In this document: piece by piece, positions 35,648-48,000 of the stretch
Position numbering within the stretch: the stretch's first letter is position 1
How the letters are laid out: the number at the start of each line of letters is the position of its first letter
NCBI RefSeq assembly: GCF_003918875.1
Contig: NW_025766981.1
Location: 620,001-684,000, forward strand
Length of the DNA stretch: 64,000 nucleotides
Source of the DNA: Haliotis rubra
Lineage: Eukaryota
Reading direction: 5' to 3'
The notes under the pieces: generated by a model
The model's database searches: none
The model's input: only the letters and a program-made list of their open reading frames with translations
What the model was told of the DNA's origin: nothing
Program-made: the position numbers and the translations under genes

Positions 35648-38600
35648 ATGGAGTCTACGCCTCTAGTAGCAGGCAATGATCAAGAAGAGAAGTCTAAACT
35701 GGGAAACCTCCTCAAAGCCAACGTTGTGTTTCTGGTTTTTCATTTGGCTGTCAATATCCACGAGCCATTGGTAACACAATATCTGTACACCAGGTTCTCG
35801 GATGAGCTGTTCGGTAACAGGACAGTCCACGCTACAAACCAAACATCAGCGTGTTATCTCAACGAGTCGGATCCAGGATACATATTACAAGAAAAGGTTC
35901 AAGAAAGAACATCAAACTTTCAGACGGTACTGACGGCTATATCAAGCTCTATTCTGCTCATAAGCTGTATGTTTCTCGGGTCATATTCTGATTTTCTGGG
36001 TCGAAGGTTTCTTTTCATTGTACCTTTAATCGGAGAGTTTTTGAGATATAGCACGTTGACTGTTGTTATATGCTGGGATCTGGATTTGAGGTACATGTAC
36101 ATTGGTGAGGTGCTTGAAGGTATCAGTGGAGGGTACCATGGTGTGATTCTGGCCAGTTATGCCTACACGGCTGACAACACACCACCTAAGAATTCCAGGA
36201 CAGTTGGAATCGCTGTGATAGATTTCACCTCCAACCTATCTTCTGCAATCTCACAGCTCATGACTGGATACTTCATCAAAGACACAGGATTCCTTTATCC
36301 CTCTTTGACTACTTCATCACTCATGCTTCTCTCTGTCATCATTGTCGTTGCTCTTCTCCCAGAAACTATCAACACAGATAGAAGATCCCAATACCCATCT
36401 CCGGTGAAGGCGGTGAAGAATGTCTTTGGATTCTACTTTTCAAAAGATTTTGGACCAAAGAGAAGTCTTTTCTGGCTTTCAACTGCAGCATATTTTTTAA
36501 TATATTTTAATAAGGGTGGTATTTACATTGTAGAATATCTTTTCCAACTGAACCAGCCATTTTGTTGGGGCCCAGAACTCATCGGCTATTTCAATATGGC
36601 GTTGGCCCTCTCCAGACAATTTCTAGGAATTCCAGTCATCAAACTCTTCCATCTGTGCACTTCCGACCCTGTGATATGTATCATAACATCCCTTATACAA
36701 GCAGGAGCCTATGTCCTAGAGGGCCTGGCCGACACTAACTTCATGCTTTTTGCAGGTAAGTCATAATAAGCTTTATGTCAATAAAAGAAACCTTTGATAA
36801 GAACCTATGTTGGGAATCAGACACGGGCCTTCCACGTGACAAACGAAAACTTAAATTGATGGACTACCTTACCGACCCCACCCCTATCCCACATTTGTGC
36901 GTACTCAAATTATTATCATTCCTGTCAAAACAGTTTGAAAGATTGAAGGCTAAATATACTGATAGCTTTTCTTTGTTTTCATTGCAGCTGCTTTGCCAAA
37001 TGGTATTGCTTCCCCTCTGCTCCCGGCAGTGAGAGCTATCATGTCAAGGATGGCGCCTGCGGAAATGCAGGGTGAGTCTTATACGGATAAAGAAAGAAAC
37101 GTGCATGTGTGCAATGGAAAGACGACGCACGTTTATATAATACCTGTTTATGTTTACAGCATCCTTTCTAAAGTACATTTATCATAGCACTGAATAATTC
37201 CAAAAACTTTCAATGTATATTGCACTTCAACAACGCATGAGAGAGCTTTGGGGTAAATGTTCGTGGATAGAATGGGACGCCAACAATATGCATGCTTTCA
37301 CAAAATTCATCATATATCATAATTTTAAGTATAACAAGTACATAACCATATGCCCACATGCTATATATGTCGAAGTTTAACGAATCGCGAGAAATTTTTA
37401 AAAATCGGAGAATCAATTTGATTCATCAGTGCAGGTTCGTGAATATTCAAATAAACATTCCTGTACCAACTGAGACATAATGTATATTCAATGTGATTCA
37501 GCTGGAATGCATGTACCTTAAATAAATAAACAAATAAATAAATAGATAAATAAATAGTTCCGTGAGTTAACGCATTGCATTTTAAACTCAGTTACACCAT
37601 GCTACGATTGCGACAATATCATAGGTTTATGAATCAGATAGTGAGGATGTCTGGTGATGTCAAAACAGGAAACGGCACGGGGCATAATTTGGGTCACCGA
37701 GTGTCAAAATTAGATATCGTTTCTATCATTGCTACCATACAACCTTTGGGAAATGTTACTAAGGTCTTGGACGTTGCTAAGGTCTTGGATAACCATGTTC
37801 AAGAAACATTTCAGTAAGAACAAAAGGTAGCTGTTTGAAAGGTTCGTAGAAAGAGGCCCTAAGAAGAACTGGAACGTAGTTCCAGTGGCTGGAACTGCTG
37901 GAGGATGACGTATCATCTTGGAAAGATCGTCAAAGCGACTTTGTCAAGAATATGTGTACATAGATCTTAATATGAATCTTATCCAGTTCAGAAGGTAAAT
38001 GCGTGGTGGCGAATTGGTCGTTTGACCATTAGACATCAGATTATCGATATACCCAAAACTCAATTTCAAAATTGTTTTGTTTACCAATCGGAACAGGTCC
38101 CTATTCTTATTGCTAAATGCATGCCGTCACTTTTTGCTTGCAGGATCACTGTTTGCAGGGGTTGGGCTAATGAACATCCTCTCAGCAGGTTTAGGAGTGA
38201 CAGCTTTCAACCAGATGTATGATGCAACTGTGAAGATATTCCGGGGTTTCGCCTTCCTCGTCTGTGCTGCTTGTCATTTGTTGGCGATAGTTATCATAGT
38301 GTGAGTATATGAATGATCATGGGTATTAAAACGTTTCTTGAAAATGTACAGGGTTTTTCATTAGCCGTTTTGGTATAAAACCACTATGTACCAGTAACCT
38401 TATTACATAGTGTTGACGTCATATGTTCAAAAGGTCATCTGTTCTACGTAAGTTCCTGGTTTATCTTTTCACTGACGAATAAATTAGTCTGTCTCACAGT
38501 CCCTGAACCATATTATTTTCCCTACAACCTAGCCTTCCCTGCAATGCTAAAGCCCTTAATGAAGCAAGATTTCCCCTGGTTGGTCTCCGTGGGGCTCCTT

Positions 38601-38847
38601 TTTAATTTAAATGGGTGTATTTGTCACTTGTATGTTCAGAGACTAAGCGTTAGTCTAACTAATAAATACGATCACACGTATAGGACGTTTTTAGGACAAA
38701 CTAACGTATGTTTATATGTATGTGTTTCGTACTTTGCATAAATAAATATATAATTTTCTGTCTTGCAGGGTGTTTCTGTGTTTGTCACGCCGCACTATCG
38801 ACATTAATACCTCCACCAATGTTGTCAACAATGACTCCGATCAGTGA
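35648..38847 (+). CDS. SLC46: SLC46-family transporter, copy 4, 475 aa
   Basis: Exons 35648-36755, 36988-37071, 38144-38300 and 38769-38847; 1428 nt in frame with GT-AG introns. Confidence 0.9.
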
Positions 38848-40130
38848 CACGATGATGTGATGTCATTGGATGATGCTTATGGATAGAGAAGACATACACC
38901 CAGAGCATAACGTGAACCTATTTTGATACAGTGATTCTATGGTAGTCCAGACACTTCCGGGATGATTACCGTCGAGAGTCTCCTTATTATTGGAATACTG
39001 TATTAAGTGAAATTTGAAGTTTGACTGGTGCCACAGGTGCAGCGGGTTACGCTCCCCTTTCCACGAAAACCCGGTATCATCTATATATTGATAGTGCTTC
39101 ATAAACACAAGTCGGAACTGAAATATCAATTCCGCGCTTTCAGAAGAAGTTCCTCATGGATGTGGAAATGGTTTTGCCGCTCAGGTTAATCAACAGAGAT
39201 AGTGCCCCAATCGTGACAGTTTGGAGTATCTTTTAATTCATGTCAGCATTCTTCTCTTTTAGCCGTTACTCCGTCTAAATTAGCTAATGCTCAAGTCAGT
39301 TGACTCAGTGATATGTATTACGTTTACAAACAAATACCCGATTAGAATGTTCTCTTGATTAATTTGGGTTGTTTTGTCTGTTTGATTTATTTTTATATTA
39401 TTATTTTTCATTTTATTCAATTTTTTAAAAATAATTTAATTTTTTTTTTTTGTTGGGGGGAGAGGGGGATTGGGTGTGCATAACACATGACTCCGTAACT
39501 ATGATAATGAGTGTTCAACATATATAGTGGATTAATGAAATATATATGCAAAATGTCTGGTCCAAAATATATTCGACTATATACAAATTAATATTGCTAA
39601 GCGAGGCATTATACAAGAAACTTACCAACCAAATAAATATAATTTAAGCATTTTCCAAAGCGGTCCTGTATTGCGACATCATATATCCTTTGATCAGGTT
39701 TTGGTAAAATCACCTTTTTCTATCATAGCCCATACTTTCCTTTTCCCTGCTGTTTTTCTGCCACAAACTAGGAACATGGATTGTAGATTTAAAACCCATT
39801 CCGAGTAAAAGCACTGAAGAATACCTTTGGATTCTTTTTTCACTCGTAACAACTGACGGGCCAATGCGAAACCCTATCTAATTCAACTGCTGCACTCTTT
39901 GTATAATAATATAGTGGTGACGATGTAGATTGATGCCGGTTCCTACCACTTATTACAGTTGGAAACTACTTTGTGGTACTTCCAATCAAGGATAGTTACA
40001 CGCATGCAGAGTTTGTCCAAGTTAGTGTATGCCGTCCATAGTGGATGGATGTTAAATTGAAATGATGATAACACTACTCACCATAGTTGATGAATTACGT
40101 GTGTATCTTGTGTTACGGTTTAGAAATTTA

Positions 40131-40329
40131 CATAACAACGTATGGTTTGGATTTACGACTTCCTTAATATTTACGACACGACGTTTCTGGGCTACTTCCT
40201 GCCCCATTCACCTGATAACGGGGCAAGAAGTAGCCCAGAAACGTCGTGTTGTAAATAGTAAAGAAGTTGTAAATCCATACCATACGTTGTTATGTTACCT
40301 TCCAACTTCTAAATGCCCATCAATCATCT
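40131..40329. mobile_element. Penelope-like terminal remnant: inverted repeat with hammerhead-like core, flanked by direct repeats
   Basis: About 75-bp inverted arms at 40131-40205 / 40220-40294. The direct repeat GGTTTAGAAATT is at 40117 and 40330. It shares TAAAGAAGTTG..ATCCATA..CTTCTAAA with the 27337 element. Confidence 0.55.
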
Positions 40330-41583
40330 GGTTTAGAAATTACGAAGACAAAAGTCTTGTAAGTCCCCTTTAAACCAGCAAAACAGAACACAGACAAGTC
40401 TATGATATTCAATAATATATTGAATAAAAAACAAACAAGGTTATAATGAATGACAGTACAGATTTCCAATACAACACAATTGAGTCACAAATCTAGAAAT
40501 ATTAACTCAACAACATCTTGATATTTCTGGTAAACAGATGTACTGATTGAAGATTGTTGACAGCAGTTGAAAGATCAATGTAGATCAATAACTCTTGAGG
40601 TATTTCGAGGGGAAGTTACGTGCTAACCAAAGACCCCTAGTCTAACTCCATTCAAATTATTATACGCTATACGTTTGATATTAAAAGGGTCAATAATTGC
40701 ACGGTAGTCCGTGTCGTTTCTTTAAAGCGTGAAAAAGGGTGTTATGTCTTGTATGAGGTGACGTGAAATGTAATTTGATTGACAATGCTGCAATGTCACC
40801 GTTAAAGAAAATGTACACATCCAATCTAAAGTTCTCGTAGTGGCTACACAAACTCGTTAGCCCATTTAACAACTGACACTTATGATTTTCTGATTTCAAC
40901 TTTGCACATTCCTGAAATTTCCTTGTCGGAAAACTAGATCCGTCCCCACATTAGTACAATGTGTGAAGCCCATTTCTGGTGTCCCCTGCTAGATATTGCT
41001 GACATATTGCTGAAAGTGACGTAAAGCCCATTCACGCACTCATTCACTCTCCCATACTAGATGCAATAATGTGTCGACCTGGTGTCAGATAAAAAATATT
41101 CAGATATGTAATTGATAAATTTAACATGAAATCAATAGCCTTATCTTCAAAGTCACCAAACCATCAACTTCAAGATCATTAAAGCAAAAAGAAAACTATT
41201 GTATAATAATCTCGATGATATCATCCCTAGTTGTAGTACCCCAGCTGTATGGCGGTGATGTGTAACGAAGAGTTTGGTCCGAGACAAGGAATTGTTGACA
41301 TAATGAACAACGACGTAAGACGACAACATGCAGTAAACTATCTTTCTCAAGATTGAACAATCTCATCAGAAGCAACAAACTGCCTGTGGTATGTTTGAAG
41401 CCGGATTACATGGAGGGGGTAACATATTTAGTAGTAAATTCCAAAAATGACCGAAATACTCACACAGATTGGGTGATTGAATTATTGTGGGTAGTGTGTA
41501 TCGGTAAAATAGAATGTAAAAGCATAACTTCTCTTCCTAAGGCTCCTTGACCATATTCCAAAGGTATGAGTATTGTTGTCAAG

Positions 41584-41734
41584 CGGGCGGTCGGGTAGCG
41601 TAGTAGTTAAAGTGTTCACTCGTCACGCCAAAGACCCGGGTTCGATTCCCCATATGGGTACAATGTCTGCAGTTCATTTATAACTGGAATATTGCTAAAA
41701 GCGGCATTAAAACTAAACTCACTCGCTCACTCAC
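41584..41734 (+). mobile_element. SINE family A
   Basis: tRNA-like head with B box GGGTTCGATTCCCC and a (CTCA)n tail. A partial copy is also at 40937-41050. Confidence 0.8.
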
Positions 41735-42069
41735 TATTGTTGTCTACAAACAATCCTATGCCACTGTGCAGAACGAATAATAAGATAAGATAGATATATC
41801 CAATTATGTAAACAGTAAGTCGATTAATGCTAAATTGTAATTGTAAAGGTATGTCGGACCTGTGTTGCATATATACAAACAGTAATGGAGTGATCTCGAG
41901 TCTGTGTTCACCCACACAGTCTGATTGTGTTATCGCAATGCATGCTCGCGTGTGTCACCAGGTATACAAGGGTTTTTTTTATGCCACGGGGGTTCAAACT
42001 TCAAGGCTGCAGGTATATATACTATCGAGAAGCCAGCTGTGCACACGGGTCATAGTATACCGAACAAAC

Positions 42070-45000
42070 ATGGAGTCTACGCCTCTACTAGCAGGCAATG
42101 GTCAAGAAGAGAAGTCTAAACTGGGAAATCTCTTCAAAGCCAACGTTGTGTTTCTGATTGTTCATTTGTCTGTCAATATCCACGAGCCATTGGCAACACA
42201 ATATATGTACACCAGATTCTCGGATGAGCTGTTCGGTAACAGCACAGTCCACTCTACAAACCAAACATCTACGTGTTATCTCAACGAGTCGGATCCAGGA
42301 TACATATTACAAGAAAAGGTTCAAGAAAGGACATCAAACTTTCAGACGGTACTGACAGCTATGTCAAGCCCTATTCTGCTCATTAGCTGTATGTTCCTCG
42401 GGTCATATTCTGATTTTCTGGGTCGAAGGTTTCTTTTTATTGTACCTTTAATCGGAGTGATTCTGAGGTACAGCACGTTGACCATTGTCATTTGCTGGGA
42501 TCTGGATTTGAGGTACATGTACATTGGTGAAGTTATTGAAGGAATAAGTGGAGGGTACCGTGGTGTGATTCTAGCCAGTTATGCCTACACGGCTGACAAT
42601 ACACCACCTAAGAATTCCAGGACAGTTGGAATCGCTGTGATAGATTTCACCTCCAACCTGTCTTCTGCAATCTCACAGCTCCTGACTGGATACTTCATCA
42701 AAGACACAGGATTCCTTTATCCCTCTTTAACTGCTTCATCACTCATGCTTCTGTCCCTAATCCTTGTCATTGCTCTTCTCCCAGAAACTATCAACACAGA
42801 TAGAAGATCCCAATACCCATCTCCGGTGAAGGCGGTGAAAAATGTCTTTGGATTCTACTTTTCGAAAGATTTTGGACCAAAGAGAAGTCTTTTCTGGCTT
42901 TCAACTGCAGCGTACTTTGTAATATATTTTACTACTAGTGGAGTGTACTTTGTAAAATATCTTTTCCAACTGAACCAGCCATTTTGTTGGGGTCCAGAAC
43001 TCATCGGCTATTTCAATATGGCGGCGTCCCTTTCCAGACAATTACTAGGAATTCCAGTCATCAAACTCTTCCATCTGTGCACGTCCGACCCTGTGATATG
43101 TATCATAACATCCCTTATACGGGCAGGAGCTTATGTCCTAGAGGGCCTGGCCGACACTAACTTCATGCTTTTTGCAGGTAAGTCATAATAAGTGTTATAA
43201 CAATAAAATTATGCTTTGATAAGAACCTATGTTGGGAGTGGTACAAGGGCCTCCCACCTGACAAACGAAAGTTTTAATTAGTGGACTACCTTACCGCCCC
43301 CGCCCCCAGTCTACATTGGTGAGTACTCAATTTATTACCACTCCTGACAAAACAGTTTGAAAGATTTCCATTACACATTAAAAAAGGCAAAATATACTTT
43401 CATTTGTTTTCATTACAGCTGTTTTGCCAAATGGTATTGCTTCCCCTCTGCTCCCGGCAGTGAGAGCTATCATGTCAAGGATGGCGCCTGCAGATATGCA
43501 GGGTAAGTCTCATATACACTCTTAAAAAAGAAACGCATAGACGTTTTAAGTAGTTCAGTTCGATACATATTGAGACAGCAATCGTCATTAAGACAATTCT
43601 TTTGTTTGAATTCTTTGTTGTTGAATTCCTTTGTTGTTGTTAACCATGTCGTGGTTGTTGTGCATTGCCCACAAACGCATCCCAAAATGTGTTTGTAAAC
43701 GTTTGTCATAAGTAATGAAATCGATACATGAAACCTGCTCAATGGGAAGAGACGTCGACTATAAAAGGCCAAATTCATCATTCCATTACGAAATTATCTG
43801 TAACATTAATTTTGATCATTTTAGAGCTATTGAAACAAGAATACCTTCTTAAAACAATTGCCCACTAGAAAGAGTAGAAAAACACCTATAAAGTTTAATT
43901 TTTCCCTTAGACGCAATGCATTTTTCAAAGTAAATGTCTTCCTGTACCTGTAACTAATCAATAAACCTTAAATAGTTTTATAGTTCCTGATAGAAAGCAG
44001 TTACTAGAATGTATTTTGTGAAAAAAAGCAAAATCTAATTTTCCCAAATTTTTCCCACCCTGACCCCCTTTGTGGGGTCACTGCGGGAAAAATCCCCCGC
44101 ACCCAGCCTGCAAACACCTGGAATTTGAATGTACATATGATAAGCTTTCAAAAAAATATAGTCTTCAAAATTCCCCCGGGAGGAGGGTCACCTATATCAG
44201 CCCATGGGCTATCAGAAATCGTCTGAGAGAAGTGGGAATTCGAGCATATCGACCAAAAGTTGAACCTGTCCTGACACGTGTCCAATGGTGCAACGGGCTA
44301 CAGGCATGGAACCTGGGGAACTGGTGACGCGCTGTTTGGTTCAGCGATGAATCGCGTTTCTTCATCAACGACAGAATGGGAGACAACATGTCTATCGACG
44401 TCGATACGAACGTTTTGCGCCGAACTGCGTTCGACAGGTGGACAGACTTGGTGGAGTAGGCGTCATGGTGTGGGGAGCCATGTCTTACACGGGTAGATTA
44501 GAGCTAGTGGTGGTTCAAGGCCATCTTACAGCACATCGCTACATCGACCAAATCCTGCGACCTCACCTCCTCCCACATTTTTAACTAACCGCCAGAGGGA
44601 GCTGTTTTGGCACGACAAAGCTCGACCCCACACAGCTCGTTAAAAGGTGCCTATCTCGCCAATGCAAACGTCAATGTCCTTACCTGTCCTTCCAAATCGC
44701 CTGATCTGAACCAGATCGAGCATCGTCTACGGGACGAATTTGATCGACGCGTCAGTAAACGTCACCATCGTCCTCAGACACTTGCAGAACTTGCCAACGC
44801 GTTGCAGGAGGAACGGCAAAGGATTCCCCAAGCAAACATCCGACAGCTTGTGCAATCCCTTCCAAGGCGGTGTCGAGCAGTGACGGCTGGAAGGGGTGGT
44901 GTCAAAAGGTACTGACCTGCACGCTCCCGTGTGTCCACACATGTGCAGTGAGCGAACTGAATTAATGCTGACAATGACAACAATGCATATGTTCACCTCT

Positions 45001-48000
45001 GTGTCGAATTTCATTCATCTATGTTCAAGCTTAATCGACTTATGTATACTTAAATACGTTTAATACATTTCCTTATTTTTAGCCTAATCGTTTCTTTTCT
45101 TTAGATAAAGAAGTGAGTGAGTATGGTTTTACGCCTCTTTTGGCAATATTCCCGCAATATCACGGCAGGGCGACACCAGAAATGGGCTTCACACTTTGTA
45201 CCCATGTGGGGAATCGAACCCGGGTCCTCGGCGTGACGAGCGAACGCTTTTAAAACCGGCACCGTTCACTGACCATGTAGATAAAGAAAGATGTGCATTT
45301 TTAAAAATCTATTAATTACCTTTTGTATTCAAACAATCGTCCAAATATGTAACAAAAGTGTTGATAACATGATTTTACACAATTGCACAAGTAAAAAATC
45401 GACTTTACCTGAAAATGTTGATTTTGATGAGCTTTCTTACAAGGATTAAAAAGGCATAGCCACAACGCAACAGAAATCACCTTTCAGTTGAAACTGTGCA
45501 GCAAAGAGCATGCACTGTTTGACACTGAACATCGCAATTGAAAGAATGCACGCTGAGATTATCAGTCTTCTGTTGCCAAACGTCTGAATGTTATTCTGAG
45601 CACGATATCACGGCTTGCAGCTCATTAATACCAAATAGGCATAACAAATGACCGTCCCCGTACAGGCAGACCTCGAGTCACCACTGTAGCCCAAGATCGG
45701 AACATCCGGGTACTACATTTGCGTGATCATACTGCCAACTGTACAGAACAGGTTGAGAGAGATTGGACTGAGAGCCAGGAGCCCCGACGTCGGGACCGTG
45801 CTACGTCGTAACCATCGCGCATAACGTCTCCGTTATCTAAAATTATCCACTTGGTTGTATAAACGTTTCCTTCTTTTAAACTGGTGTCTAGATTCATGTA
45901 CTAAAGTCTATTTGTGGACGAGTTATACATGTTTGAAAATACATTTTCGCAACAGATATCTGGGTTATGCGTTTCATTTTGTGAATAGTATATTTTAGTA
46001 CCTTTGTAATGTTTACATTTCACTGATAGTATGTCACATATTGTATACGAAAGACTAATGCTGCTACGTTTGTCGCATACATATTTTGTTCAGCGAAATC
46101 TGTAGTTGTTTTGATTAGTTTCTCATTGCTTCGATTATTTCAAGTTTCTTTCAACAACCAGAAAATCCGAGTATTTTCTCGCTGCTTCATATATTTTCTC
46201 GGTGTTTGAATTATTTCTTCAAATTTTGAGTATTTTCTCGTTAGTTCATTTATATTCTCCAGATTTTGAGTATTTTCCTATGCTACTTGAAATGACAAGA
46301 AAATATTCAAAACTGGAAGAAACCAGAAACAGATAAACGTAATGATAAACAAATTCGTCTGGAATTCAAATACATCTCAGAGAGTATATTTTAATAGTCC
46401 AAAACAATCAGTGTTTAGTTTTAGGTCATGACGTACTTAGCGGACTCATTATGTCAGCAATTTATATTCAATTTGATTAATTAAGGAGGCATGCAAACTT
46501 TCAGTGTTATATGCCGGCTTGATATGTGTTGGTTGAAGCAGCTTATTTAAGAAATCAATGCAAATTATGTAAGATCAAACATTGCACTCTTAACTCACAG
46601 TTACCATAACCCGTGAAGATCCTAACCCGTTAGAATTAATCTTAAGTAACTCATGCTTGTCGTAAGAGGCGACTAACGGGATCGGGTGACCAGGCGCGCT
46701 GGCTTGGTTGACCATGTCATCGTATCCCAATTGCGAAGTCGATGCTCATGATGCTGATCACTGTATTGTCTGGTCCAGACTCGATTATTCACAGACCGCC
46801 ACCATAAAGCTGGAATATTGCCGAGTGCAGCGTTAAACAACAAACCTACCAACCAACGTTGCACCAATCTGCGATTGCAAAAATATCACAAGTGAAAATA
46901 GAGAATTGCATAATAATAAGTCATCTTCTATAGCGCACAGACTCCAAACACCAAGTGATTGCTCGCGGCGCTTAATCAGATTCTTATTACCCCGGATAAC
47001 CCAAGCTGCCTGTTAGGCGCTAGAAGGTTATAGTCACATGACTTTATCCCACCGGGTACCCATTTTCAGCTAGGTGAACAGAGGCAATTTCAACAAACTC
47101 ACTTGCCTAAGACCACATGCATCACATGTGCTTCGTTGTGGGGCAGGACTGAAGCCCTAGAAACTCTCAGGAGTCAGGCTGCCAAACACGGACACCCATC
47201 CAAGGATTGTCCGAGCTCGACGTTGCTTAACTTCAACTGATTTGTGACCTGAGCTCTGTGCACAGGACCACGCGCCACCACCATAGGACATCATTTTGGT
47301 CACTGAGTGTCTGAATTCGAGATGTTTTCTCCCATTGCTACCATGCAACCTTCTGAAAGCATTATTAAGGCCTTGGATGGTGTGGTCCTGGTCAAGAAAC
47401 CTTTGAGAAAGTGCAACAGGTAGCTGTTCATAGTGCGTGACAAGATCCCCTAAGAAGGTCTGGGTGCCTATTCTCGAAAGTGTCCCATCTAAGACAGATC
47501 CTAACTAGTTGGGACAGGAGTTAGGACATCCTACCGTTAGGATAAGACCCATTCTTGAAACGACGCTATCCCCGTCCTAACTTGAGCTACCGATCCTAGC
47601 TAGGATAACGAGCTCTTCAGTAGAAGAGATAGGAAAACATTCATTACGTTGGGGGATTCCCCTAAATATCACCCATGATTCATTCCATAAATAACACATA
47701 TACAAATGTATAAAGGCAAATACAATCTCGTTTGCAAGATAAATGGTAAGACTAGAAATCGAAGTAGAAGCTTGAATGTGGTGAAAGTCAGCTTTTGGTG
47801 GACTTAATAGATCTAGAAGAAATTATAATTAATTATGGTTATAATTAAAATACACCTCTTGTATCCAGAAAAATAGAGGTGAATTAGTACCTGAATGGAT
47901 TTTAAATATTTAATGAAATTGTTTAATATCTATTTGTTCAAATTACCATACTTCCAGAAAACAAAGTATTGTTATAATTATGCTGCTATATTCGATATTT

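Noticed and set aside
41827-42069. 81-aa N-terminal extension of copy 5 (and the 28-aa extension of copy 6)
   Set aside because: It is not open in sister copy 4, and the conserved start is MESxPL in an A-rich Kozak context.
46000-46380. Similarity between copy 5 intron 2 and copy 6 intron 3 (60350-60740) as evidence of exon shuffling
   Set aside because: The intron positions are non-equivalent and the segment has internal GAGTATTTTCT repeats, so an interspersed repeat is the simpler explanation.
47188-47240. 5S rRNA gene
   Set aside because: Only about 50 nt match 5S, and they are embedded in a SINE.
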